Part shown: positions 1 through 10,680 of the stretch, piece by piece
Layout: each line of letters starts with the position of its first letter
Numbering within the stretch: position 1 is the stretch's first letter
Source of the DNA: Calditrichaceae bacterium
GTDB taxonomy: Bacteria > Calditrichota > Calditrichia > Calditrichales > JBFXGD01
NCBI GenBank assembly: GCA_050173015.1
Contig: JBFXLE010000006.1
Span: 128,001-192,000 of the forward strand
DNA: 64,000 bases
Direction of reading: 5' to 3'
The notes under the pieces: model-generated
Database searches by the model: none
Told to the model about the DNA's origin: nothing
Seen by the model: only the letters and a program-made list of their open reading frames with translations
Position numbers and translations under genes: made by a program

Positions 1-135
1 GAGCGAATGTCCAGAGATAAAAAAGTAAGAGACAAACAAATAAAATTAATTCTGATAGACCGCATCGGGCATCATTACAACGAGATCGCGGAGAATCAGG
101 AGCAACTGAGTGACGCGTACAAAATACTTGAGTGA
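1..135 (+). CDS. aroB: 3-dehydroquinate synthase, C-terminal fragment (runs in from window edge)
   Basis: Frame 1 reads ERMSRDKKVRDKQIKLILIDRIG...KILE*. The M-x-x-DKK...I-x-LIL-x-x-IG pattern is typical of the AroB C-terminus, and aroQ is two genes downstream. Confidence 0.7.
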   Translation, partial: ERMSRDKKVRDKQIKLILIDRIGHHYNEIAENQEQLSDAYKILE

Positions 136-149
136 GGAATGCCGCATCC

Positions 150-921
150 ATGAGGGTAACTTTTCTTGGCACCGGCACATCACAAGGCGTACCCGTTATC
201 AACTGCGAATGTCCGGTTTGCAGGTCAAATAGAACGAAAAATAAACGTTTGCGGTGCTCACTGATGATTGAAACGAATCATAAACACATACTTGTCGATA
301 CTTCAACCGATCTGCGTCAGCAGCTGCTGAGAAAACCGTTTCCGAACGTTGACGCCGTTCTTTTTACCCACGCGCATGCGGATCATATCAACGGTTTGGA
401 CGAATTACGCCGGTTTAACTATCTGCAAAAAAAACATATTCCGGTTTATGGGAACGCGCTCACGCTGGAGCGTATCCGAAATAATTTTGATTACGCGTTC
501 AATGATGGTGTATACACAAACGGGGTGCCAAATCTGCGCGCGCATATCGTCAGCGACAAATTTTTATTTGATAAAACTGAAATCATCCCGATACCTTTAA
601 AACATGGGACCCTGGATATCTATGGATACCGAATTGAAAATTTTGCATATTGTACCGATGTGAGCGGGATTCCCGAAAGCAGTCTCAATCTTATGGAAAA
701 TCTTGATATTCTGGTTCTGGATGCACTGCGTGAACGGGAACACCCGACCCATTTTTCATTGAGTGAAGCGATAGAGATTGCAAAAAAAAATTGGCGCGAA
801 AAGAACATTTTTTACGCACATGAACCATAATATCGATCATTATAAGCATGGCAAACTTCTGCCTGATAACTTCGCGTTCGCGTTTGATGGCCTTGAACTG
901 GAATTAGGGGAGGCAAATTAA
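150..921 (+). CDS. MBL-fold metallo-hydrolase (PhnP/YycJ-like), frameshifted in an A9 run at 782-790
   Basis: Motifs FLGTGTSQGVP, CxCxxC and THAHADH. Removing one A restores KKIGAKRTFFTHMNH...FAFDGLELEL, ending at TAA 919-921, which overlaps the aroQ ATG. As written, the ORF stops at 830. Confidence 0.85.
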
Positions 922-1358
922 TGAATATTTTAATCATCAACGGTCCCAATCTGAATCTATTAGGGATACGAAAACCTGAACTTTACGGCGGGAAAACCCT
1001 CGATGAGACCAATGAATTTATTAAAAGCTATTTTAAAGGTGTGAAAATTCACTTTTTCCAGAGCAATCATGAAGGGGAAATTATTGATAAAATACATGAA
1101 TCCATGAAGATACAGCATGGGATCGTGCTCAATCCCGGAGCATTGGGCCATTATTCTTACGCGATTCGTGACGCGATAGAAGCATGTACCATTCCGGTTG
1201 TTGAAATTCATATCAGTAATATCGCGGCCCGGGAAGAGTTTCGAAAGATGTCGGTAATTTCTGCTGTTTGCAAAGGAACGATCAGCGGACTGGGTATTTA
1301 CGGGTACGTGCTGGCGGTTCAGGCGCTTGTTCATCAACTGAAAAGGAAAGACAGATAA
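921..1358 (+). CDS. aroQ: type II 3-dehydroquinate dehydratase
   Basis: NGPNLNLLG, QSNHEG and EIHISNI..REEFR motifs. Confidence 0.97.
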   Translation: MNILIINGPNLNLLGIRKPELYGGKTLDETNEFIKSYFKGVKIHFFQSNHEGEIIDKIHESMKIQHGIVLNPGALGHYSYAIRDAIEACTIPVVEIHISNIAAREEFRKMSVISAVCKGTISGLGIYGYVLAVQALVHQLKRKDR

Positions 1359-1359
1359 A

Positions 1360-2817
1360 TTGTCAATAATCGCGCATATCAAAGGACTGACGCGGCACTC
1401 GGCCATTTATACGATCAGCACATTTATTCAGAGGGCGCTTGGGCTGATCATGCTGCCGGTTTACACCGATACATCATATATTTCAACAAAGAGCGCGTAC
1501 GGTGATTATGCCCTGGTATATACATTCATGGCATTCATGAATATCGTCTATCTGTACGGTATGGACGCGGCTTTTCTGCGATTCTTCTTTCTGGGGAAAC
1601 ATAAACGTGAAGATGTATATAAAACCGCTTTCTCCGCGATATTCATCAACGGTATCCTTTTGTCAGCCGTCTTATACATTTTCGCCGAGCCGGTCGCGGT
1701 GGTTGTGTTTTCAGCAAAAGGATACGCGTTTTTTATTCAGATTACAGCGGGAATTCTGTTTTTTGATACACTCTGCAATCTGCCATACCTTATTCTGAGA
1801 GCGGAAGAAAGATCCCTGGCGTATACGGGAATTCGCGTAGGGCGCTTTATTACGGAACTGCTGTTAAACCTGCTTTTTGTCGTTGTTTTAAAGCAGGGGG
1901 TAAAAGGAATTCTATACGCGAATGTTCTTGCGGCTGTCCTGAATCTGATTTTTGTGATTCCATTCCAGATTAATTATTTAAAGGGCAGGATTAATAAAGA
2001 GATTCTCGTTGATCTGTTAAAATTTGGATTGCCGATGCTCCCCAACGGCCTGGCTTATTTAACCGTTGAGGTGAGTGACAAATATCTGATGAGCAGGCTT
2101 CTGGACAAGGATATACTGGGCGCGTACTCGGCAAATTACAGGTTCGGCTCTGCATTACTATTGATAGTTATCGCTTTCCGCACTGCCTGGCAGCCGTTTT
2201 TTCTGAAAGTGGCGAATGATCAGGATGCCAAGCGGATATATTCAAAAGTGATGACATATTTTTCAGCCGTCGGGGTTTTGGTTGTGGTAATGGTCAGCTA
2301 TTATATTGAATATCTGGTCATGATTCCTATCGGTCCGGGAAAGACAATTATGGGAAGTGAGTATTGGAATGGGATTGTTATCATCCCGATCATTTTAACG
2401 GCGTATCTGTTTTATGGTATTTATGTGAATTTTACCGTAGGGATTTATATCGAACAAAAAACTAAATGGATGGTATTATTTACAGGGCTGGCGGCCGTCG
2501 TTAATGTGGGAAGCAATTTATATTTGATGCCGCGTTTCGGTATGATTGGGGCCGCTATGGCTACGTTGTTGAGTTATTTGGTGATGGCGGTGTCTATTTT
2601 TATCGCGAATCAATTAATATATCCGGTCAGATATGAATACTCCCGGTTACTGGTACTTATGGGATACCTGGCGCTTATGCTGTTTATATATTATCAGTTT
2701 GATTTGTCCTTTTTACAAAGGACGGTTATACTGTTGATATCTCCGGCTCTTTTGTATTTCGGTGGATTCTTCAATAAAGAAGAGATTGTATACCTGAAAT
2801 CAAAATTAAGGCGTTGA
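1360..2817 (+). CDS. oligosaccharide flippase family (Wzx/MOP superfamily) membrane protein
   Basis: Many hydrophobic segments; LPVYT...YG, KFGLP and G.YS...RFG patterns of polysaccharide biosynthesis flippases. Confidence 0.85.
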   Translation: MSIIAHIKGLTRHSAIYTISTFIQRALGLIMLPVYTDTSYISTKSAYGDYALVYTFMAFMNIVYLYGMDAAFLRFFFLGKHKREDVYKTAFSAIFINGILLSAVLYIFAEPVAVVVFSAKGYAFFIQITAGILFFDTLCNLPYLILRAEERSLAYTGIRVGRFITELLLNLLFVVVLKQGVKGILYANVLAAVLNLIFVIPFQINYLKGRINKEILVDLLKFGLPMLPNGLAYLTVEVSDKYLMSRLLDKDILGAYSANYRFGSALLLIVIAFRTAWQPFFLKVANDQDAKRIYSKVMTYFSAVGVLVVVMVSYYIEYLVMIPIGPGKTIMGSEYWNGIVIIPIILTAYLFYGIYVNFTVGIYIEQKTKWMVLFTGLAAVVNVGSNLYLMPRFGMIGAAMATLLSYLVMAVSIFIANQLIYPVRYEYSRLLVLMGYLALMLFIYYQFDLSFLQRTVILLISPALLYFGGFFNKEEIVYLKSKLRR

Positions 2818-2821
2818 TTTT

Positions 2822-4981
2822 ATGAGTCAATTAAAAATTGCATTTCTCTGGCATCAGCATCAGCCGTTCTACAAGGATGAAGAAGGAGATTATCTTCTTC
2901 CCTGGGTTGGCCTGCATGCGATGAAAGATTATCTGGATTTACTCTTAATCGCCGGCCAGTACCCCGAAATTCGTCAAACAATAAATCTGGTTCCTTCTCT
3001 TTTGCTTCAATTGAAAGATTACGCAGACGGCAACGCAGATGACATGGTCATTCGCCTGAGCGGAAAATCTACCGCGGAATTTTCGGTTCAGGATAAAGCG
3101 GATCTTTTGCGAAATTTTTTTATGGGTAATCTGGCAACGATGATTCAGCCATACCCGAGATACAAACAACTATATGAAAAATATCAATCAATTAAGCATT
3201 TGAATGACCGTGATCTGGGCGCCAGATTTAGCGGGGAAGAAATTCGAGATTTGCAGATCTGGTTCAATTTGAGCTGGATCGGATACGAATCAAAAAAAGA
3301 CCCGAAAATCCGGAGATTGATAAAAAAGCAACAAAATTTTTCGGATGATGACCGATTGGCATTGCTGGATTATACTCAAAAATTAATCAAAAATGTAATC
3401 CCGAAACATGCGGAAATGTGGCAAAAAGGGCAGGTTGAATTAATCACCTCCCCGTTTTATCATCCGATTCTGCCTCTTTTATGCGATACAGAAATCGCGA
3501 AAATCTCGCAGCAGAATCTCCTCCTTCCAACGCCGTCATTCCGTCATCCTGAAGATGCTGTGGCGCAGGTGGAAAAAGGCCTTGAATATTTTAAGAAAAC
3601 ATTTGGCAGACATCCATCAGGCATTTGGCCGTCCGAGGGCAGTGTCAGCGAAGAAGTGGCGGAGATTATCGCTTCCAGGGGGATAAACTGGATCGCGACT
3701 GATGAGGAAATACTTGCGAGAAGCCTGGACCGGCCCTTCGAACAAAATGATATTTATCGTCCATACCGGATAAAAACAAATAAAGGCGATCTTCATCTGT
3801 TTTTCAGAGACCGCGCTCTTTCAGATAAAATCGGTTTTGTTTATGGGTCCTGGTCGGCGGAAGAAGCGACTGCGGACTTCCTGAATCATCTTGTTCAGAT
3901 CAAAACCAAGATTCAGAAATCCGGTGGTGATATGGCGGTGGAAAATTCGATCGTACCCATTATTCTGGATGGTGAAAACTGTTGGGAGTATTATCCTGAA
4001 AACGGCGGAGAATTTCTACACCTTTTATACAAAAAGTTATCGGAAAACCCGGAATTTTTGACTACTACTTTTAGTGAATTTCTTGAAAACGCTGAGCCGC
4101 GTGAGTTGTCGAAGCTCTGGCCCGGCAGCTGGATCAATCATAATTTTCAGATTTGGATCGGCGATTCGGAAGATCGGCAGGCATGGGAAATGCTGCACCA
4201 GACACGTGAATTTCTGGTCCAAAGTGAATCATCCGGGAAAATTTCTGAGAAGGTCAGAACACAGGCATGGGAGGAAATCTACATCGCCGAGGGATCTGAT
4301 TGGTGCTGGTGGTACGGAAATGAGCACAGTTCAGGCCAGGACAGCGAATTTGACCGGCTCTTTAGAAGCCATCTGATCCGCGTATATCAATTACTGGGTG
4401 AGGACCCGCCGGAGCAGTTATTCATTCAGATAAAGAAAAAACGCGTTGAGGCATTCCAAAATATCATCCCCAAACATTTTATCTACCCGGTTATTGACGG
4501 GATGATGCGGCAATATTTTGAGTGGTACGGAGCGGTAAGGTACACCGATATTTCTTCAAAAGGCGCCATGCATCAAACGGAGGCTCAAATCAAAGAGATC
4601 ATAATCGGCTTTAATGATGAAAATCTATATATGGCGGTCATTCCAAAAAACTCCGTGTTCCGGGCGGATAAAGTATTGATAAGGTTTTACTCTCCGAAAA
4701 AAATCTCGTATCTGTTTGATTTAAAAACGAAGCGCTGTGAATTTTCCATCGAAAAGAAGGACCATTGGGAACCTCATCTCGGTAAATCAAACTGCGCTTT
4801 TGAAGAAGCGCTGGAGCTGATGATCCCTTTCAGCGTGCTGAAATTTAACCCGGGTGAATGGATGAGATTTCAAATTGTTTTAAAACGGGAAAACCGGATC
4901 TCCATGCAATTCCCGCAATTCAATTTGCTTGAACTGCCTGTCCCGGATAAATTCTATGAACTCCGCAACTGGATGGTATGA
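2822..4981 (+). CDS. glycoside hydrolase family 57 (amylopullulanase-like)
   Basis: WHQHQP, PFYHPILPL, WPSEG (nucleophile), LDGENCWE (acid/base) and AEGSDWCWW motifs. Confidence 0.92.
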   Translation: MSQLKIAFLWHQHQPFYKDEEGDYLLPWVGLHAMKDYLDLLLIAGQYPEIRQTINLVPSLLLQLKDYADGNADDMVIRLSGKSTAEFSVQDKADLLRNFFMGNLATMIQPYPRYKQLYEKYQSIKHLNDRDLGARFSGEEIRDLQIWFNLSWIGYESKKDPKIRRLIKKQQNFSDDDRLALLDYTQKLIKNVIPKHAEMWQKGQVELITSPFYHPILPLLCDTEIAKISQQNLLLPTPSFRHPEDAVAQVEKGLEYFKKTFGRHPSGIWPSEGSVSEEVAEIIASRGINWIATDEEILARSLDRPFEQNDIYRPYRIKTNKGDLHLFFRDRALSDKIGFVYGSWSAEEATADFLNHLVQIKTKIQKSGGDMAVENSIVPIILDGENCWEYYPENGGEFLHLLYKKLSENPEFLTTTFSEFLENAEPRELSKLWPGSWINHNFQIWIGDSEDRQAWEMLHQTREFLVQSESSGKISEKVRTQAWEEIYIAEGSDWCWWYGNEHSSGQDSEFDRLFRSHLIRVYQLLGEDPPEQLFIQIKKKRVEAFQNIIPKHFIYPVIDGMMRQYFEWYGAVRYTDISSKGAMHQTEAQIKEIIIGFNDENLYMAVIPKNSVFRADKVLIRFYSPKKISYLFDLKTKRCEFSIEKKDHWEPHLGKSNCAFEEALELMIPFSVLKFNPGEWMRFQIVLKRENRISMQFPQFNLLELPVPDKFYELRNWMV

Positions 4982-4988
4982 CAAAGAA

Positions 4989-6050
4989 ATGAAGATTTGG
5001 AAAATGACGCGTTTGCTTCTCTGGCCGTTCTCGATGATTTACGGCATCATTCTGGATATCCGGAATCTTCTCTATGACCTCGGTATATTTAAAGCGCATC
5101 ATTATAAGGTACCGGTGATTTCAGTCGGAAATATCACCGCCGGTGGTTCAGGCAAAACACCGTTTACCATATATCTGGCGACCGGTCTGCAAAAATATTT
5201 TAGTAAAATAGCAGTAATCAGCAGGGGATATGGGCGACAAAGCAAAGGGCTTCAGATCGTATCGGACGGGAAAAATATAAATACAAATCCGGCGGTCACG
5301 GGTGATGAGCCGCTGTTAATCGCGAAGTCCGCGCCTGGCGTGCTGGTCGCGGTAGCGGAGAAACGAACTCTCGCCATCCGTCATGTTTTAGAAAATTTTC
5401 AACCTGACCTGATTATTCTTGATGATGCCTTTCAGCACAGATCGGTTAAACGGGACCTGGATATCGTTTTGATAAATTCCGGCGAACCATATGAAAAAAA
5501 TCTCCCGATACCGGCGGGTACGCTTCGTGAATTCCGTCATAATATATCACGGGCGGATATCATTATTCATACTAACAATACAAATGCGTATCCGAAAAGG
5601 AAAATTGATCTTTATAATATACCTGAATTATACAGCCGCGGCGCGCTTTCTGATCTGGTAGGACCGGATTTTAAAAGAATCGGCCCTTTGAGGGAGCTTG
5701 CAGAAAAAAAAACAACCGCGTTTGCCGGAATCGCGCACCCGGAAAATTTTATAATGAGCCTTAACGGCGAAAATATTACGCCTTTATGGACAGGAAAATT
5801 CAAAGATCATAAGGAATACAAAGCGGAGGATATAAGAAAAATAATTCGTCACTCTCTGGAAAAACAAGTGGCAACGGTTCTTTGTACAGAAAAGGATTTA
5901 GTAAAAATTTCAACCAATAAATATTTTCTGTCTTTGTTTGCCAATGCGGGCCTTAAACTCGCGGCTCCTTCCCTTAAAATTGTTCTCGAAGACGACGCTG
6001 AACTGTTAAAAAAAATCTACAAACTGGTTGACATAAATAATAAATCTTAG
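4989..6050 (+). CDS. lpxK: tetraacyldisaccharide 4'-kinase
   Basis: VISVGNITAGGSGKTP, SRGYGR, GDEP, LDDAFQH and TEKD motifs; start chosen at ATG 4989. Confidence 0.96.
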   Translation: MKIWKMTRLLLWPFSMIYGIILDIRNLLYDLGIFKAHHYKVPVISVGNITAGGSGKTPFTIYLATGLQKYFSKIAVISRGYGRQSKGLQIVSDGKNINTNPAVTGDEPLLIAKSAPGVLVAVAEKRTLAIRHVLENFQPDLIILDDAFQHRSVKRDLDIVLINSGEPYEKNLPIPAGTLREFRHNISRADIIIHTNNTNAYPKRKIDLYNIPELYSRGALSDLVGPDFKRIGPLRELAEKKTTAFAGIAHPENFIMSLNGENITPLWTGKFKDHKEYKAEDIRKIIRHSLEKQVATVLCTEKDLVKISTNKYFLSLFANAGLKLAAPSLKIVLEDDAELLKKIYKLVDINNKS

Positions 6051-6056
6051 TATATT
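6028..6056 (+). promoter_or_regulatory. sigma70-type promoter for the tRNA/tilS locus
   Basis: TTGACA (6028-6033), 17-nt spacer, TATATT (6051-6056), just upstream of the first tRNA. Confidence 0.75.
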
Positions 6057-6073
6057 GTTTGCCTAATAATGAT

Positions 6074-6147
<74 letters not shown>

Positions 6148-6151
6148 CAAA

Positions 6152-6181
6152 AGGTGATCCTCACAGGTCACCTCTTTTTTT
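6152..6181 (+). terminator. intrinsic terminator-like hairpin between the two tRNAs
   Basis: AGGTGATC-ctcaca-GGTCACCT stem followed by a T tract. Confidence 0.5.
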
Positions 6182-6183
6182 AT

Positions 6184-6257
6184 GGCGGTGTAGCTCAGTC
6201 GGCTAGAGCAGAGGAATCATAATCCTCGTGTCCGGGGTTCAAGTCCCTGCACCGCTA
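6184..6257 (+). tRNA. tRNA(CAT), most likely elongator tRNA-Met
   Basis: GGCGGTG...CACCGCT-A acceptor stem, anticodon arm GAGGA-ATCATAA-TCCTC and T-loop GTTCAAGTC. G4:C69/G5:C68 favours Met over Ile2. Confidence 0.9.
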
Positions 6258-6290
6258 CTTTTTTTTGTCTTAATTTTACCCAAAGGCCTT

Positions 6291-7640
6291 TTGTTGGATG
6301 CAAAGGTATTTTCGTGTATTACTTCCCATAATTTGATCTCACCTGGTGATAAGATTTTTGCCGCGGTGTCAGGCGGTGTAGATTCCATGGTTCTTCTGCA
6401 TATTTTGAATTCTCTTAAAACGAATCTTGGAATATCACTCAATGTCATACATATTAATCATAAAATCCGTAATATTGATTCTGATCTGGATGAAGATCTG
6501 GTGAGAAAGACCTGTAACACGATGGAGCTCCCCTTTTACTGCGAATCGTTGGAAGGTTTTAATTTGTCATCGAGCGAAAATGAATTAAGAGAGGCCCGTT
6601 ATCGCTTCTTTGATGATATTATTAAAAAAAATCCCGGCGCGAAGATTGCCACGGCTCATCACTTAAATGATCAGCTTGAAACTTTTTTGATGCGTTTGTC
6701 AAAAGGATCCTCTTTAAGAGGACTCAGGGGGATTCCTGTCGAAAGACCGGGTTACATACGGCCCATGCTGTACGTGGTGAGAGAGGAAGTCGAAGCCTAT
6801 GCAAAGGCTCAAAAAATCCCCTTTCGGATTGACCAAACCAATGCCGATACAAGAAAAACGCGCAACAAGATCAGACATGAACTTGTACCCGTAATGGAAA
6901 GAGTTTTGGGAAGCGATTTTTACGAGGGATTTGGAAAGAGCATAGATGAACTTCAGGAAATCTATCTCACCTATCATAATTTAGGTGACCGCTTGTTCCA
7001 AAAAATAGTAAAAACTAAGGACGGGAATACGGGTTTTTCAAAAACTAAATACACTCAATTATCGGAAAAACTGCGCCGGCATTTGCTTGAATATTGTATT
7101 TCCATGAATAAGCCTTTAAATTTCAGCATTCCGGGGCCTTTGTTCAGGCAGTTCGACGCGTTTGTATCCGACGCGCGGACGGGCGCTTACTTTACTCTGT
7201 CAAAGGATATGACGGTTCTAAATGACCGGGATTATATTTATTTCTCTTATAATAAAGACAAGCAAAACATAGAATTGGAACTTTCCGAAGCTCAGGGCGT
7301 CTCTATTGGGCGAAATAAAATTTTAATTAAACCCGTTACCGATAGACAAATTAAATTTTCAACTGATCCCCGCATTGAATATATTTGTGGTGATCGCATC
7401 CGGTTTCCGCTAATCTTGAGATACTGGCGGGAAGGCGATTTCTTTTATCCTCTTGGGATGAGGGGAAAACAGAAGTTAAGCGATTTTTTTATTAATCAGA
7501 AATTAAATCGCTATCAAAAAATGGATATCCCGGTATTGGTCAATGGGAATGATATTGTGTGGATAGCGGGATATCAGATTGACAATCGTTATAAAATAAC
7601 TCATAAATGTAACCGATTTTATGAATTACGGATTCAATAA
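6291..7640 (+). CDS. tilS: tRNA(Ile)-lysidine synthetase
   Basis: AVSGGVDS, ATAHHLNDQLET, RPML and RN.IRHEL motifs plus a C-terminal TilS_C (GDFFYPLGM..KQKLSD). The track start at 6228 lies inside the tRNA, so TTG 6291/6294 is more plausible. Confidence 0.95.
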   Translation: MLDAKVFSCITSHNLISPGDKIFAAVSGGVDSMVLLHILNSLKTNLGISLNVIHINHKIRNIDSDLDEDLVRKTCNTMELPFYCESLEGFNLSSSENELREARYRFFDDIIKKNPGAKIATAHHLNDQLETFLMRLSKGSSLRGLRGIPVERPGYIRPMLYVVREEVEAYAKAQKIPFRIDQTNADTRKTRNKIRHELVPVMERVLGSDFYEGFGKSIDELQEIYLTYHNLGDRLFQKIVKTKDGNTGFSKTKYTQLSEKLRRHLLEYCISMNKPLNFSIPGPLFRQFDAFVSDARTGAYFTLSKDMTVLNDRDYIYFSYNKDKQNIELELSEAQGVSIGRNKILIKPVTDRQIKFSTDPRIEYICGDRIRFPLILRYWREGDFFYPLGMRGKQKLSDFFINQKLNRYQKMDIPVLVNGNDIVWIAGYQIDNRYKITHKCNRFYELRIQ

Positions 7641-7659
7641 ATCAAAATAGGATAAAAAA

Positions 7660-8214
7660 ATGAAATTGGATGGTTTTAATCAAAATGAGATCGTTCCTGA
7701 AAATTATAAGATTATGATATCCGAGGAGCAGATTCATATACGTTTGAGAGAACTGGGTGAGGAAATTCTAAATGATTTTAAAGGAGAAAAACCGATTCTG
7801 ATTGGTGTGCTTAACGGTGGTTTTATATTCCTTGCCGACTTGATACGTTATATCAACACCGATGTTGAAATCGATTTTCTCAGAATCTCCAGCTACGGGA
7901 ATGAACGTGAGTCATCAGGGCATATTAAAGTCCTTAAGCCTCTGAGCGCGGATATTAATAACCGTTGTGTTGTTGTGGTGGAAGATATTGTCGATTCAGG
8001 GTTATCGGTCCGGTTTTTGCAGAATATGTTAAGCGCGTTCAATCCAAAAGCATTAAAATTCGCGACACTGCTCTATAAAAAAGGCAGAAGCAAAGTTGAT
8101 CTGAAACTGGATTATGTAGGATTTGAAATTGAAGATAAATATGTTGTCGGATATGGTCTTGATGATTTTCAGGTAAAGAGAAATCTTCGAAGCATTTATG
8201 TAATCGAATCATAG
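7660..8214 (+). CDS. hpt: hypoxanthine phosphoribosyltransferase
   Basis: [13 protein letters not shown]-binding motif, VVGYGLD; tilS-hpt-ftsH synteny. Confidence 0.96.
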   Translation: MKLDGFNQNEIVPENYKIMISEEQIHIRLRELGEEILNDFKGEKPILIGVLNGGFIFLADLIRYINTDVEIDFLRISSYGNERESSGHIKVLKPLSADINNRCVVVVEDIVDSGLSVRFLQNMLSAFNPKALKFATLLYKKGRSKVDLKLDYVGFEIEDKYVVGYGLDDFQVKRNLRSIYVIES

Positions 8215-8246
8215 CCGGAAGAATTGTAGAAAGGAATTATGTTGAG

Positions 8247-10313
8247 ATGGATGAAAAAAATTCAAATAATTTTAACAATAAAAATCGACCGGATCCTAAC
8301 AACCGGAAGAAAAAAGATGATGAGTTTCAATGGAAAAAAGCCTCGAAGACCGGGCTTGTATGGATATTGATTCTTCTTTCCGCCATATTTTTCAGTACCC
8401 TGTGGCCCGATAACAGGCCTGATGAGATAGAGGTCGATTATTTTGTTTACCAGAAACTTTTAAGGGATGGTAAAATTGAGAGCGGTCGTGTGACCCTCAA
8501 AGAGAATAATTTTCAGGGTACTTTAAAAGGTGAAGAGGGTATTCCGGACAATAAGGGTGTTAAACGAGGTAAATATATACGGACAAATCTGCCGTTTGTA
8601 GATAATACGGTAGTCGAAGAATGGGAAAAGTATGACGTAAAGGTCAGATTTGTAGAGCCGTCGAGTGAGTGGACGCTTGTTCTGATAAATTCGCTGCCCT
8701 GGATACTCATTATTGTCGCCTGGATATTCATCGCCAGAAGAATGCAGGGCGGAAGCGGAGGAAGCCGGGGGATTTTTAGTTTTGGCAAAAGTAAGGCCAA
8801 AATGCTGACGCCCGATAAGGCAAATATTACTTTTAAGGATGTGGCGGGGGCTGATGAAGCCAAAATGGAACTTCAGGAAATAATTGAATTTCTGAAATAC
8901 CCCGAAAAATTTCAGCGTCTTGGCGGAAAAATTCCAAAAGGCGCGTTGCTGCTCGGCCCTCCGGGGACCGGTAAGACTTTGCTGGCGAAAGCCGTAGCCG
9001 GTGAAGCCGGTGTGCCGTTTTTTAGCATGAGCGGGGCCGATTTCGTGGAGATGTTTGTCGGTGTGGGCGCCAGCCGGGTACGCGACCTTTTTGAAATGGG
9101 TCGAAAAAACGCTCCCTGTATTATTTTTATTGATGAAATTGACGCCGTAGGAAGACACCGCGGAGCAGGATTGGGCGGCGGACACGATGAGCGTGAACAA
9201 ACTCTGAATCAGCTGCTGGTGGAGATGGACGGATTCGATACAAAGGAAGGTGTAATTCTGATCGCGGCGACAAATCGCCCGGATGTGTTGGATTCCGCCT
9301 TATTACGTCCCGGCCGGTTTGACAGGCAGATCGTTGTCGATCGCCCTGATGTCCGGGGCAGGACAGGAATTCTGAAAGTACATACACGGTCAGTTCCGGT
9401 TGACAATTCTGTCGATCTTGAGGCGGTTGCAAAAGGTACACCGGGTCTGTCCGGCGCGGATATCGCTAATTTGGTTAACGAAGCGGCATTGCTCGCGGCC
9501 CGCAAAGATAAGCAAAAAGTTGGAATGACCGATTTCGAAGAAGCTAAAGATAAAATTATGATGGGTATGGAGAGAAAATCGCTTCTGATAACCGACGAAG
9601 AGAAAAAGACGACAGCTTATCATGAATCAGGACACGTGTTGGTGGGAAAACTGATCCCCGGAACGGATCCGGTGCATAAAGTAACTATTATTCCTCGCGG
9701 CAGGGCTCTCGGTGTCACCGCCTATCTCCCGATTGATGAAAAACATACCTATTCAAAGGAATATCTGGAAGGAATGCTCGCTCAGCTGCTTGGCGGCCGG
9801 GTAGCGGAAAAAATAGTGTTCAAACAGCTCACAACCGGGGCGGGCAACGATATTGAGCGCGCCACAGATCTTGCCAGAAAAATGGTGTGTGAATGGGGAA
9901 TGAGCGCGAAACTTGGTCCGATCACATTTGGAAAAAAGGACCAGGAAATATTCCTGGGACGGGAAATCGCCCAACATCGTGATTATAGCGAAGAAATTGC
10001 TCATTCGATTGATCAGGAAGTAAACCGGATTGTTTTGGACGCCGAGAAAAAAGCCGAAAAAATTCTATCTGAAAACCTGGATAAACTTCATGCCATCGCC
10101 ACCGCGCTTCTGGAGCATGAACTGCTCGACGGAGAACAGATTGATATGATTCTTCGAGGCGAAATAATTGAAGCCGCGGCTTTCACAAAGCCGAAGAAAT
10201 CCGCTAAAAAGAGCGGCAATGACGGCAAGGATTCTGAAAAATCCGCCATGGAAAAAGAGACCGAAAAAAAGGATGAAAAACCGGAGTCACCCGCTGATCC
10301 GGATAAGAATTAA
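8247..10313 (+). CDS. ftsH: ATP-dependent zinc metalloprotease FtsH
   Basis: Two N-terminal TM segments, [21 protein letters not shown] and HESGH. Confidence 0.98.
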   Translation: MDEKNSNNFNNKNRPDPNNRKKKDDEFQWKKASKTGLVWILILLSAIFFSTLWPDNRPDEIEVDYFVYQKLLRDGKIESGRVTLKENNFQGTLKGEEGIPDNKGVKRGKYIRTNLPFVDNTVVEEWEKYDVKVRFVEPSSEWTLVLINSLPWILIIVAWIFIARRMQGGSGGSRGIFSFGKSKAKMLTPDKANITFKDVAGADEAKMELQEIIEFLKYPEKFQRLGGKIPKGALLLGPPGTGKTLLAKAVAGEAGVPFFSMSGADFVEMFVGVGASRVRDLFEMGRKNAPCIIFIDEIDAVGRHRGAGLGGGHDEREQTLNQLLVEMDGFDTKEGVILIAATNRPDVLDSALLRPGRFDRQIVVDRPDVRGRTGILKVHTRSVPVDNSVDLEAVAKGTPGLSGADIANLVNEAALLAARKDKQKVGMTDFEEAKDKIMMGMERKSLLITDEEKKTTAYHESGHVLVGKLIPGTDPVHKVTIIPRGRALGVTAYLPIDEKHTYSKEYLEGMLAQLLGGRVAEKIVFKQLTTGAGNDIERATDLARKMVCEWGMSAKLGPITFGKKDQEIFLGREIAQHRDYSEEIAHSIDQEVNRIVLDAEKKAEKILSENLDKLHAIATALLEHELLDGEQIDMILRGEIIEAAAFTKPKKSAKKSGNDGKDSEKSAMEKETEKKDEKPESPADPDKN

Positions 10314-10344
10314 GTTGTTTTATTGATCGATGTCCAAAAGATAC

Positions 10345-10376
10345 AAAAAGCGGGGTAATTTTATCCCGCTTTTTTT
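10345..10376 (+). terminator. intrinsic terminator after ftsH
   Basis: AAAAAGCGGGGTAA-TT-TTATCCCGCTTTTTTT. Confidence 0.85.
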
Positions 10377-10548
10377 GTTTTTAAGCGGACTTAATTTATT
10401 GTTAATTTGCCCTTTGCGGGAAGAATATTTATATTATCACGATCCTCTTTTAAATTATATTTCAGGACAAAAGGGCTGATACGGTAAATGGTGTATTTTT
10501 GGATGTCCGGGATATGAGAAATGACAGGATGTCTTTATTACCGGGATG

Positions 10549-10565
10549 TTGGCAGAGATTTTGCA
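10549..10565 (+). promoter_or_regulatory. candidate sigma54 (-24/-12) promoter
   Basis: TTGGCAGAGATTTTGCA gives GG-N10-GC with TGGCA and TTGCA boxes, in the intergenic region upstream of the TPR gene. Confidence 0.55.
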
Positions 10566-10680
10566 AAATGAAACAGAATCAAACCACTTTTTATATTACA
10601 ACAAGGTTCAGTTGTCAAAAACTGAGCAATTTTTGCGCAGTATAACACGAAAGATAAAGTGCTTGGGGTATTGAGATAAT

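Noticed and set aside
6228..6290. Track-predicted N-terminal extension of TilS
   Set aside because: It starts inside the tRNA gene; a downstream TTG is more plausible.
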